From positions 5,157,842 to 5,221,841 of the forward strand of contig MU053557.1 in assembly GCA_013239625.1 (NCBI GenBank): 64,000 nucleotides of DNA, in the 5' to 3' direction. Source of the DNA: Lama guanicoe (lineage: Eukaryota). Made by a program: the position numbers and the translations under genes. Below the pieces are notes generated by a model, which had not been told where the DNA came from, made no database searches, and saw only the letters and a program-made list of their open reading frames with translations. This document shows positions 51,326 through 64,000 of the stretch, one piece after another; the first letter of the stretch is position 1, and every line of letters begins with the position of its first letter.

Positions 51326-51744
51326 CTGTTGTTGGAATCAGACAGGAAGGAGAACACACCAGGTGAGAGGAGGCTGCAGTGGGTTTGTTTGTTTCCCTCT
51401 GACCTGCTTTGGACCAAGAATTGCAAACCTAAAGGCTTTCAGAGGCCCTGTGTCCTCCACTTTATGATTGGAGTCTGTCCTACCCTGGTTGGGGGCAGCC
51501 GGGGAATCACTGCCGGGAGCCTCAGTCTTGGGAACCAGGCTCGGCCACTACTAACTGTGTGACTTGGCCATGATGCTTCACCTCTGGGAGCCCCAGTGGC
51601 CTCACTTGTAGAACAGGGGCAATACCAGGTCACGGGCAGGCCTGAACGGGCCCACGTGTGGGAGGCTGTGCGGCCCCGCCAGGCACGCGGTGAGCGCTCA
51701 GTATGTGTGGGGTCGGGGCTCCCCGTCTCCACCCTTCCACAAAC

Positions 51745-51892
51745 CTTGTTTGGGTGCCTGGTCTTTCTCCTTCTCCCCCTGCAGCTCCTTGATCTTGGCC
51801 TCGTACTCATCAGCAAGTGCTTTCCATTCCTTGCGGTTGTTGGTGATCCCATCCAGCATGGGAGTGATCTCCTCGTGGAAGCGGGAGAATTC
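51745..51892 (-). CDS. PDE6A: PDE6A exon 21
   Basis: Minus strand ctttcag|GAA...CAA G|gtttgt = [49 protein letters not shown], 148 bp. Confidence 0.95.
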
Positions 51893-53200
51893 CTGAAAGA
51901 GAGAGAGCCGCTGGTGCCCAGCCGAGCCCTGGAGCGCAGCTGGATGTGTCCGGCACTGGAATGAGCTTCCCCCGGGGCCAGCAGCAGTTTCTGTCACCCA
52001 GCGGGGTGTGTGCTGACACTGCAGGGCCTCTGGTCACCTGATCCCGGCCCTCTCCTGCTTAAAACCTTCCTAGGTGCCCCCTGGTTTTCAGGATGAAGCG
52101 CAAACTCCTTGACAAGGCTTTCAAGCCCTTCAGACCTGGTGCCTTTCCCCCTTCACCGTCTTGAACCTTCTGGGCATTCCAAATCTATCAGTCCCTGGGT
52201 GTCCCCTCCTTTCTGTGGGCTTCACACCAGCTCTTCTGTTTGCTGGAACACTAACTTCCCCTCTTGTCCACTTAGACATCACTTCGTCTGGGAAGCCTCT
52301 TCTGACCTCCTCTATTAGAAAGTCGAGTCCTCTATGAGCAGCTCCCAAAGCCTTCTCTTTGCCCATCTCACCTCGCTGTAATCATTCCCTTTGCCAGTCT
52401 GACCCCGGTGCTGTGAACTGCACAGATCAGGGACGTCTCTGCTCATTCATGGGGTGAACTTGGCCTAGCCCAGGGTCTGGGGCACAAAGACACTCAGTCA
52501 GTATTTGCCGAGTGAAATCGGCATATGAAGAGGATTCTTAAGATCTCCTAGCTCTAAGAATAAAAATAATGCTTAGAGTACAGCACATGAGAGTATATGA
52601 AATGCTTTATCTCCTTGGATCCTCAGAAACTCCTGTGAGGTGGGAAAACAAGAGTCATCACTTCTAGATTTTCAGGTGAAGAAATTGAGATGCAGACTGA
52701 TGGAGATTTGCACAAGGTAAGAATGGCAAACCCAGGGCCCACTGCGGAGTTCAGCTGGAGCCAGCTGTGCCCAGAGCTGCCTGGGTTCAGGTCTAGACTC
52801 TGCCACTGGCTGTGTGACCTTGGGCAGGGCACCATGAAATCGGGACGGTACCTCACAGGGTGGTTGTGATAACACCCGGACAGCACCCAGCCCAGTCTCC
52901 ATGGTGTCATATGTCACTGATGATCGTGAAGAGGTCAGCTACCCGGCCCTGCTGCCTGGAGGACCCTGTTAGTCTGCGTTATATCAGAGGTGCATTTGTG
53001 CCTCCTCCCTGCCTGGAAACACGATCTGTCATTTGTCCCACAACTATTTCCTGAGCAACTAGGATGTACAATGCTCCAGGCTCTGGCCTGGGTGTGCAGT
53101 CACACAAGCCCCCACAGGGCTATCCTGGGGACCAGATGCTATTAGAGATGAGAAGCACTTTGTAAAGAATCACTCCCTGGTCACTTGCCAGGGTTCATTA

Positions 53201-53359
<159 letters not shown>

Positions 53360-54299
53360 TCAGTGGGGAGAAAGAGTTAAGTGCGCCAGGCTCCTCCTGG
53401 CCTGATGCAGCAAGGGGACCCACCCTACCTAGGAAGCATTTTTGCAACAAAAGAAAAGAGTATTTTTAGTTGAACCTGAAACTTAACCAAGTTTGCAGAT
53501 CTGACTAGCAATTTGCAGGAAATAGGGGGATAGAGGAACAGATTAAATAACAAAAGAGTGTGAAAAAAAAAAGAGGCAGAAACTACTAGGGATTAAAAGA
53601 GACTTAAGAGACACAACAACCAGAGAGAGTGTGGTCCTTGACTGGATCCTGATTTGAACATTTCAACTTAATTAATTTTCTCAATCTGGGAAAACAGAGT
53701 TTGGGGATTAGATGATATTGAAGAATTATTACTCGATTTTTGAGTGTGAAAATGGTGTATGGGTGTGTGTATATTTGAAGGTCTTATCACTTAAAGACAC
53801 ATGCTGAAGTATATATGGAGGAAATGACAACATCTGGGATTTACATTAAGAAACGTCAGCCAAAAGATAAAACATGCACGTAAAACAAGAATGGCGGACT
53901 GTTGCTAATGATTGAATCTGGTTGAAAGATACATGCAGTTCATTAACTATTCTCGCTACATTTTCAGTTGTTAAGAAGGAAGAAGAAAGACACAAGTCCC
54001 TGGATGTCTGTCTGCTCCTCACAGCCCTCCACCCTCCCTGAGACCCCCGCCGGAGCCTCATGTGGCTGCCCCCTCCGGGACCCCTGCCAGAGCCTCATGT
54101 GGTTGCCACTCCCCCACCCCCATCCCCGCATCCTTAGCGGTCTCACAAGTTTAGCATACAACGGTTCTGTCCCCGGAATGTCTTGCCCTTTTACCCCACC
54201 TTTAATTCCTAGCCCTGCCCTAGCTCTGGAGGGCCTCTGTCAGCCCCCTCTAACTGGTCTCCCTGTCTCTGGTGGGGAGCTGGCTGACCCTCCCAGCCC

Positions 54300-54432
54300 A
54301 TTTATTTTCTTTTTTTGCAGAGGAGGTAGTTAAGTTTATTACTTATTTATTTTTAATGGAGGCACTGGGGACTGAACCCAGGACCTTGTGCATGCTAAGC
54401 ACACGCTCTACCACTGAGCTATACCCTCCACC
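54300..54432 (-). mobile_element. tRNA-derived SINE (resembles the camelid Vic-1 type)
   Basis: ttttaatggaggcactggggactgaacccaggaccttgtgcatgctaagcacacgctctaccactgagctataccc. Confidence 0.8.
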
Positions 54433-54893
54433 CCAGCCTGTGTACTTTCAGTATTGATAGGTTCTCAGCTTGACAAGGTCTTCCCCTTGCATGTTCTGTG
54501 CTGGCAGGAAAGGGTCAAGGGAGGGGGACTCCCGGACTGTTGGAGCTGCAAGGGAAATCCAAGTTTTGGTGTCCACTCATCAGTCTCTACTTAGTGAGCT
54601 CAGGACACATACCTGCAAGCAGGGTTCCCAAACCTTATGGGGGAGCACATTGCTGGGCCCATCCCCAGAGTTTTAGGTCCAGGGTGGGTCTGTGGATCTG
54701 CATCTCTATTATGTTCCCAAGTAATGAGGTTGATGGTGGTCCCCAGGGACCACACTTTGAGAACCACTGTATTAGGGAAAGGTCATCTCTGTGGTAAGGT
54801 CACACGTCTCTTCCTCAGGGGTGAGGGGGCACATCTCTCCATCATGGCAAGGTCACTGCTCTCCACCAGGATGAGATCACACACCCAGTATCA

Positions 54894-55139
<246 letters not shown>

Positions 55140-55231
55140 CTAAGGTGATCTCCATGTCTTGGCAGAGGAGGATGGAGCAAAGATGGGCTGCCTCAGGAGC
55201 CGGAGAATCCAAGCCACATTAGCTGTTGTCA

Positions 55232-55432
<201 letters not shown>

Positions 55433-58400
55433 TCACCATTGTGAGGAGAAGGGGTCACTTTCCCATTGCATCTGGAGGTCAGTCTGCGAAGTCAGAGGTT
55501 TAAATCCTGTCTGTCAATCACCAGGAGTTTGACATCGAGCAATTAAACCAGCCTCCCTAGGCCTCAGTTTCCTTGTCTGTAATAATAATAGTACCTTCCT
55601 CGTGGAATGGGTGCAAGATCGAATGAGACAGTGTGTAAAAATCTTAGCATAGTGCCTGGACATACTTAGTGCATAGTAAACATTGGAGATTATCACAAAT
55701 ACTGCATTTTTATTACATGCCACACACTGTTCTAGGACTTTATAAACATCGATTTCATTTAAATCTCATCATATCCTCAGAGTTCCTTCTCTCTTGTCTA
55801 GTATAGAACAATGTTTCTCAACCTTTTTCTCATCATCCCCCCTCCTCCACTGTCAAAGAGCCTTTTTAGATATGTTTTTCTATAATTGCTCCACCATGAA
55901 ATTTTAGTGACACAGAAAAACTGTGTATCTGTTTGGAGGGCCACAGTCCAGCGAAATATCTGAGATTTTTTGCTCTTCTCCCAAGTACCACTGTTTGCCC
56001 CACTGGGCAATGCCTGATGCAGGGGAGAAGGATAACCCCAGTCGTTCTGAGGAAACTTGCATTACGAAGTAGAGGAAGGGACTGGGGAAAGAAAGGATCA
56101 AAAGAGGAACTCTTATTAAAAGGTTTCACAATAATAGGAAGGTAAGACAGGTATATTATTACACAGGTAAGGACAGTATTAGGCAGAAAGCGAGGGGACG
56201 TGGACAAAGAATGGAGCAAGAGGGGAGAATCTGAGAAGGTGTCTCAGAGACGAGGCATGAACGTTTGCGACGGGAATCCCGGGCCACGCGGTGTGGGCGT
56301 TAAGGCCACGCTGGCGAGTGCAGCTGTGTCCAGTAGACAGCGAAGAGCTACTCGCGGTTTACGGCCGGCGTCGTGACCTCATCAGAGCTGCGCCGCTTGG
56401 CAACACGTGGAGGATGGAGCGGGAAGGAGAGGCAAGGGAGACGCCGCAGCCATCCAGGCCGGACGGCAGGCGGGCCTGACGGGCTGGGAGAGCAGGGGGC
56501 AACCCCACGAGGGACAGCCAACCCCCCTTGGTGAGATGATGGGCTGGGGCTGGGGAGGGAAGGGCTGGAGAAGGTTGGGGCTCTGAACCTAACTCGCCAC
56601 ATGGAGGATTTTACAGCTGACCAGCTGTATCTGGCGTAGGTTACATAAGCTGGTCTGGGAAGCCTTAAGAGGTATGAAATATGAACAGGTTTAATTATCT
56701 TAGATAAAGTAAACTCTCAAAAACTCATAGAATTCTTTCAGTAAATAAGCTTTTGGGAATGCCTACATCTCTTAGAAACACCTTTACACTGTGTAATAAC
56801 TTCAGAACACATGCCTGATGCTTAATGTTAAGTGTTGCAGACGTGGTATGATTACAGTCAAACAGATGAAGCCGATGAATGCTTGGCCGTGCATACAGGA
56901 GTCACTGGCTCCCTGTTACCTGGAGTGTCTGCACTTTAAGTCTGCAGGTGTGGCTTCAGGAGAGCACTGGATGTTTACCTTCCTCGGCTGCAGAGTTCTC
57001 GTGAAAATCACTCCCAGCAGTGAGGGAAACACCTAAGTGTTGTAGAGATTTTGTGTGTGTGTGCCTGGGACGTGGGTCAGGGGAGGATGACCGGGCACCA
57101 GAAAAGCCAATTCAAAGCCTCGTGCCCTAAAGACAAGGCATTGTATCCACTTCAGCACCATCCCATTCAGTGCCCTGAGGCCAAGATGCCATGCTGGGCG
57201 TGAGGTATCCAGAGGGGCCCACAAGGAGCTCATAGTCACTTAAGGAGCAAAAAAACACCTGTCACTGCAGTCGGCTTAGTGGGATGACAGAAAGAAGTAC
57301 AAAGTGCAATGGAAAAAAAAAATCCAAATGGGAGAGGAACTAGCTCAGTGCAGGGGGCTTCCAAGAGGTGACAGTGGGGTAGGGCCCTGGGGTAGGGGGG
57401 GCAGGGAGCTCTCCAGGAGGAGGGAGAAGAACGGGTATCGTGGGCAGAGATGCAGTGGAGAGTTCCTGGGGTTGCCACAGGGCAGAGAGTGGCCGTCCAG
57501 CAGGTGACCACAGGGACCATTCATCTACCCATCCTTGTATACGAATGTGTGCCAGACGCCAGGCAGGGACTGGTTCACAGCGTCCCTGCTCTCAGGGACC
57601 TTGCAGATGTGTTGGAGAGTCACACATCTATCACACAAATAAGTGTAAGTGTGTAAAGAAACAACTGCTCTGAAGGAAAGCAGTTCTATTTTAGGTGATA
57701 AGGTAACAGGAGAAACTGACCTAGGCCTGGGGGGGTCAGGGAAGTGGCCCTGGAGCTGACATCTGTGGGAAGTACAGCAGAGCACTGGTGACAAAGGGCG
57801 TGGCGAGGCACATTCCAGGCAGAGAGAACATGTACTGCAAAGGCCCCGCTGGAAGGAAGCCGGCACAGTCAAAGAGCTGCGAGGTAGGAGGAGGTCAGGG
57901 AGCAGATGAGAAAGGGGGTGAGAGGGGACCTAAGAGATGAGCAGCGCGGGCCCACGGAGCTCAGGCTGGGATGAGGGGCATCTTTACACTAAGAGCGAAA
58001 GGAAAAGCCACTGAAGAGTATGAGCAGGGAGAAGGGGTCACATTTGCATCTTACAAAAATCACTATGGCTTCAGTATGGAGGGGACAGGGAAGCCAGCCA
58101 GGAGCCCAGTGAGGAAGCCACTCAGGATCCATACAAGAGATGGAGGTGGCAGTAAAAAGAAGTGTCCAGATACACAAGGCACTTCTTAATGAAGTGAAAT
58201 TTACTTTTAAGTAGTGAAAGCAGCAGGGCTTGGGGATAGGTGAGACACGCAAAGTGAGGAAGAGAGAAGTGTCAGGATGAAGGAGAGGAAAGGACAACGT
58301 GGCTATTACACAGAAGAGAGCAAAAGTAAGTCATGACAACCTTGTACGCTGAGAAATTTGAACCTCCTCCTCCAGATCGGTGAGAGTCATCAAGAGGACA

Positions 58401-58552
58401 GAGCGGAGTTAAATGGGAGAACAGTGTACGTTTCTCTACAAGGATTTGGAATCAGAGCAATTAGAGCCTCACTCTTCTTACTTGATGTGTCCAGGACAAG
58501 TGACTTCATGTCTTTGAGACTCTCCCTGTTCGTTTGTGAAATGAGATAATCA

Positions 58553-58634
58553 TATTAGGTTGGGTCATATGAAATTCTGATTTTGTGTGTCAAAAACAGT
58601 CGAAAGTCAGCAGTTTCTTACGATTCAGTGTAAT
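58553..58634. mobile_element. MADE2-like mariner MITE
   Basis: About 80 bp imperfect palindrome: tattaggttgggtcatatgaaatt ... gtttcttacgattcagtgtaata. Confidence 0.6.
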
Positions 58635-60439
58635 ATACCTGTCCTAGGAGATTCTGTGGGTGTCCCCATTTTCCTCATCATCACCCATATCACATTAACC
58701 ACCAGGACGAGCTCCTGTTCACCTTGGCCAAAGCAAATGTCTCTTCAGCCCAGCTGGGATGCTTAGTGGGGCTTCTCCCTGAACCTTGGCTGACCCCTGG
58801 CTGACCCCTGAAAGCATCCCATCCACCCTCAACAGACATTCAGACTCTCCCTGGAATTACCCTGGCCTGGAGGATGTAGCCTGCAGGGAAAGTTGACAGG
58901 AACCTGAGCAGGTTATGGGTGTGCGAAAGAGGGGTGGGATGACTTGGGTTCCAGTCCTTGATGCCCCACAAATGCCCGTATGAAACTACATAAGTCACTC
59001 CGTCTCTCTGGGCCTCATTTTCCTCATTTGTAAAACACTAGACCAGGAGCTGGCAAACTTTTTCTGCAAAGGGCCAAATAGTAAGTAGTTTAGGTTTTGC
59101 AGAGCGCACGCAATTACTCAACACCATCAACATGCTGTGAAGCAGCTGTAGATAAGAAAAGGCAGAGTCACTTGGCTCCCGGAGCCGGCCAGCAGAAAGG
59201 CAGGTGAGCTCTGAGCTCGTGGCCTGAGGCTTGAGTGTGGGCTGGACGCTGTTTGCTCTCCAAGCGCATACTTGTGGAGTGCTTTCTGAATGCCAGGATT
59301 TAGAAGTTGCAGCGCTGCCCTGGAGGCATTTACCAACCACATTGTTGGGGGTTTGTGAGTTTTGGTTTGCGTGTTGGTTTTCATACTTCCCTCCAGCCCT
59401 TCCCAAAGCTCCATTCTCTTGAACTTAGTGAGGGCTTAACATCAGGTGGCACCTGAGGTTGGAGCCAACATGAGTTCTTTCGGTTTAAAGTGGCAGTTGA
59501 ACGCAGCTGCAAGAGGAGAGTGAATTAGGATTTTCAGTGTCTTGGCCACTAACTCATTATGTGCAGACATGTATTAGAAGAATGTATTTAGCACAGTAGT
59601 TGCTTTCTGGATTCAGTGGCAAACAATGTTTCTAAATTCTTAACAGTCATTCCTGAATGAATGAATAGATGGAAGGATAGATGGGGGAGGAGAGGATAAG
59701 CTGCTTGATTTAAAAAAAAAAAAAGACAAGGTCACTTATCTCTTAGGCAGTGCCCAGGGTTCGAGCTACTTTAGGGGCCCATGAAAATATTTAAATTTAA
59801 ATTTCTTCTTTAAAAAAACAATAATAATGCCTATATGAATAATGAACCAGTTCAGCCTGGATTCTATTTGTCTTTATACCAACACAGTCATAAAATATGA
59901 TTTTTATTTATGAATTTATTTAAATGGAGGAAGAAGCCCCAAAGGCAAAAGTGCCCATGGCCCACAAAGGTCACAAAGTGGCCCTCTGTCAAAGAATATA
60001 ATTTTGTTTGTGGGTTCTAAACTTTGAATTTTTTATAATTTTTTTTTGTCAGGAAATATTGTTCTTTTGATTTTTTCCCCCAACCATTGAAAATTGTAAT
60101 TGCTGTTCTTAGCTCATGAGCTGTACAAAAGCAGGTAGCAGGCCTCACACTGCAGCACTCGAGGATCTCCATGCCCTTCCAGTGCCTGGTTTGGTCAGGC
60201 TACATCAGGGGTGAAACCCAGAATTAAGGGCAGATATGAAGGGTTTAATGAGGAATGGAAGTCACACCCTGACTCTAGAGGCACTTAAACACCTTGCAGT
60301 GAACACACAAAAGTGGGCTCAAGAGACAGCAATATAGGATACGAGCAAACATCAACTGGCTTAAGATGCGCCAAGGGTTGAGGTGTGGATCTCAAATAAG
60401 GGGGAACTCGCTCACATCAGCCCTCCAAGTTAATCAGAG

Positions 60440-61210
60440 CACAGAGGGTGAGTGTTGGGTTTTTCCCTCACAACAGCCAACTGTGACACCAACTGGGTGT
60501 TCTCTGGTTCAATTCAGTTCATTTCAGTTCTGACACTAGCATCAGACTTCACAGATCTGAGGGCTCAGTCTCACAAGGCTGCCCTCGCCTAGAAGTCAGT
60601 TGCAAGTACTACGTCCCCAGCTTACTCACACTTCTGTCTGACTTGGCTACAAAGTCAGGGGATTCCCGTGGTCTCCAGGTTCAAAAATTTGCTAGGACCA
60701 TCTCATAAAACTGAGGAAAACTCTTCTTATGTTTCCCAATTTATTATACAGGATGCAACTCAGGAATAGCCAATCGCAAAGGATGCATAGGGGAAGGTAT
60801 GGGGTGGGGGTGCCTATGGGGCGTCCGTGGCCTTTTCAACATGTCGCCTCTCAGCACCTCCATGTGTTCATTAACCCAGTAGCTCTCTGAACTCTGTTGC
60901 TTAGAGGTTTGTATGGAGGTTTTACCACATAAGGATAGCTTATTAAATCACTGACCGCTGGTGACTAATTCAATCTGCAGCCCTCTCCTCTCCCCAGAGG
61001 CCGGGGTTGGGACTGAAAGTTCTAAGCTTCTAATCAAGGCTTCATATCTCTGGTGACCAGCCCTTATCCTGAAGCCATCTAAGGTCTCACCAAGAGTTGC
61101 TTCATTAGAACAAAAGACACTTTCTATCAAGCCTGTGACTATCACTATCCAGGGTTGTAGAATCTGGAACTGGGGACAAAAACTAAACACGTGTGTCTTC
61201 TGATACCACA
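60440..61210. mobile_element. MER21-like ERVL LTR
   Basis: tgtgacaccaactgggtgt...ttcaattcagttc...tgacact, gggctcagtctcacaaggctgccc, ending tgataccaca. Confidence 0.7.
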
Positions 61211-61524
61211 GGAAGAATCTAACACCACACCGGCTGTGAACAACGCTGCACCCCGCTCCACGTGTCCCCACTCAGCCCCTGTGACAATCCATGAGGTAAG
61301 TACTACCATTACCCTCTTAGAGCAAATGAGGAAACTGAGGTCCAGAGAGGTGAGGTAACCTGCTCAAGGTCACACCACCAAAAAGTGAGAGAACTGAGAC
61401 TTGAACCCAGACTGTCTGGGGCCGAAGCCCCAAGTATGTAACAGCTACATTCTACCTAGGTATGAGGCGGTTCTAATTATGTCTAATCACCTAAACAATG
61501 GACCAATTCCAAGATTGCTTTATA

Positions 61525-61745
61525 GTAGTAGTTTCCAATTTTCAGCAATTTTTGTTCCCCGAGGATATTTGGCAATGTCTGGAGATACTTTTGATTGTCA
61601 CAGCTGGGGAGGAGAAGCTGCTACTGGCACCTGGGAAGTGGAGACCAAGGATGCTGTCAAACATCCTACGATGCACAGAACAGCCCCCGCAACAGAGTTA
61701 TTGTTTCTAAATGTCAATAGTGTTAAGGTTGAGAAAGTCTGCTTT
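61525..61745. mobile_element. MER20-like hAT MITE
   Basis: ggatatttggcaatgtctggagatacttttgattgtcacagctgg...ccaaggatgctgtcaaacatcctacgatgcacag...aaggttgagaaa. Confidence 0.8.
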
Positions 61746-61964
61746 ATGGGTCTTCCAACACTTTTCATTGGGTGCCTACCTAAAGAATTTTGAAAAATGC
61801 TTACCTTCTTGTACATTTTTAAGTTGACATCTTGACTATTGAAATGGTTACATCATTCTCTAAATATAAAGGAATCTAAATAGCATAACATTTTCATATC
61901 AGCCATCAGTCCATCACCCATTTAAAAACACATGAACAAGCTTTTCTTTAAGAGACTGAAATTT

Positions 61965-63216
61965 TAAAGACGTAAACAAAAGACTGGAAACCATAAAACT
62001 CCTAGAGGAAAACAGACAGGACACCCTTTGACAGAAATTGAAGCAATATATTTTTGATCGGTCTCCTAAAACAAAGGAACTAAAAGCAAACATGAACAAA
62101 TGGGACCTAATTAAACTTAAAAGTTTTTAACAGCAAAGGAAACCAGTCAACAAAGCAAAAAGACAACCTACTGAATGAGAGAAAATATTTGCAAATGATA
62201 TAGCCAATAAGGGGTTAATATCCAACATATATAAACAGCTCAATCAACTCAACATCAAAAAGAGAAACACGCCAATTACAAAATGGGCAGAAGAACTGAA
62301 TTGACATTTTTCCAAAGAGGAAATGCAGATGGCCAACAGGCACGTGAATAGATGCTCAACATTGCTAATCATCAGGGAAATGCAAGTCAAAACCACAGTG
62401 AGATATCAGCTCACATCTATCCAAAAGAACACAAATAACCAACGTTGGTGAGGATACGGAGAAGGGGAACTCTCCTGCCCAGTTGGTGGGAATGTAAATT
62501 GGTGCAGTCACTGTGGAAGACAGGATGGAGGTTCCTCAAAAACCGAAAACAAACAAACAAACAAAAAAGACTACCCTATGACTCAACAATTCCGTTCCTG
62601 GGTATATATCCCAAAAAACCAAAAACACTGATTTGAAAAGATACATGCACCCCTTTGTTCATAGCAGCCTTATTTGTAATTGCCAAGATACGGAAACAAT
62701 CTAAGTGTCCATCAACAGATGAATGGATAAAGAAGGTGTGGTTATACATATACAATGGAATACTATTCAGCCGTAAGAAGAATGAAATATTTCCATTTGC
62801 AACAATGTGGACAGATGTGGAGGGTACTGTGCTAAGTGAAATAAGCCAGACAGAGAAAGACAGATACTGTATGATATCATTTATATATGGAATCTGAAAA
62901 AAAAAACAAAACTGGTGAATATTAAAAAAGAAGCAAGCTCACAGATATGGAGAATAAACTAGAGAGATAGTGATTACCAGTGGGGGGAGGGAAGAGGAAA
63001 GGGACAATATAGGGGTAAGGGATTAAGAGGTACAAACTATTAGGTATAAAATAAGCTACAAAGATATAATCTACAACATAGAGACTATAGCCAGCATTTT
63101 ATAACAATAAATGGAGTATAACCTTTAAAAATTGTGAATCATCATATTGTGCACCTGTAACTTACATAAAATTGTACATAACTATACTTCAATAAAAAGT
63201 AATAAATGGAAAAAAA
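61965..63216 (+). mobile_element. L1 ORF2 3' end plus 3' UTR (decayed), antisense to PDE6A
   Basis: ORF2 C-terminal remnants (WWECKLVQSLWKT, LPYDSTIPFLGIYP, MFIAALFVIAK...KCPSTDEWIKK), then L1 3' UTR with AATAAA and an A-rich tail. Confidence 0.9.
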
Positions 63217-64000
63217 TGTTTAAAAGAGTCTGGAATTTTGCATGCTTCCTTTTCTCCGTAAAATTGTATTTCCGCTCGACTTCCACAACAGATTTTATCC
63301 TGTTTATATATGTGTGTGTGTGTATGTGTGTATGCATATGTATATCTATATATATCAATGAAAGACATTCAAATATATATATATATGAAATGTCTTTCAT
63401 TGATCAGCCCTTCATACTTATTTGTTACCAAATATGCCCATTAATTGAAATTATATAACTAAAGATTTTTGCCTTTGACCACAGGTCTTCAAGTGGTAAA
63501 AACTTTTCTTTTGGATTAAGTTATTATTGTTATATGATTAACCAATACAACAAAATATATGATCTATTTTTATAAGTAATTATCAAACACTCAAATATTT
63601 TTGGAAATGCATCTATTAATGAGATAGAATGGGGCTGTAAAATTAATGAATGAATATTTTTATTGCAAGAATGAGTTAGAATTTAACATCTGTTTCAGGC
63701 CAATTTTTTATTTTTATAGATGCAAGTAATTAGAAACCTTGGGAATGGAAGGAGTTCTGTCAGAATGTCACTCCAGTCTTTCAAGTCTTCCAAATTAACT
63801 GTTAAAAATTATACTGTGGTCATTATTCTGAATAATCTATCAGCTGACGATTAGATTCTCCTTCAATTTTGTTTAAAGCAAACGTTAGACTCATTCACTT
63901 CCTCAGTTTCTGGGAAGACTGCCATAAAAGATTTGACCAAGAGTTTTCATGTGACTATTAATTGCACCCCTGACACTTTCTCTCCGGCACTTTGGTTAAC

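Noticed and set aside
62445..62897. ORFs with protein-like sequence
   Set aside because: Fragmented L1 ORF2 remnants, not a host gene.

Overview
This is mammalian genomic DNA, probably from a camelid given the tRNA-derived SINE and L1 tail types (inference). The + strand carries the distal part of intron 1 and coding exons 2-12 of PPARGC1B (PGC-1beta). I spliced these by hand at GT-AG boundaries: 3000 nt in one open frame, 999 aa plus stop, with exon 1 upstream of the window. A ~7.4 kb 3' UTR follows. The - strand carries the last five coding exons (18-22 by human numbering) of PDE6A, the rod cGMP phosphodiesterase alpha subunit, ending in CCIQ; the two genes converge. The rest is intronic sequence with L1, L2, MIR, LTR and DNA-transposon fossils. 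I found no convincing new gene or system. The best second-look items are: a GC/CpG-shifted, apparently accelerated RRM exon 11; shifted splice acceptors in PPARGC1B exon 7 and PDE6A exon 22; a dense ARE/NF-kB/ERRE motif cluster in intron 1; four CTCF-like sites; and clustered miRNA and Pumilio sites in the 3' UTR. Comparisons with human or mouse proteins are from memory and need checking by alignment.
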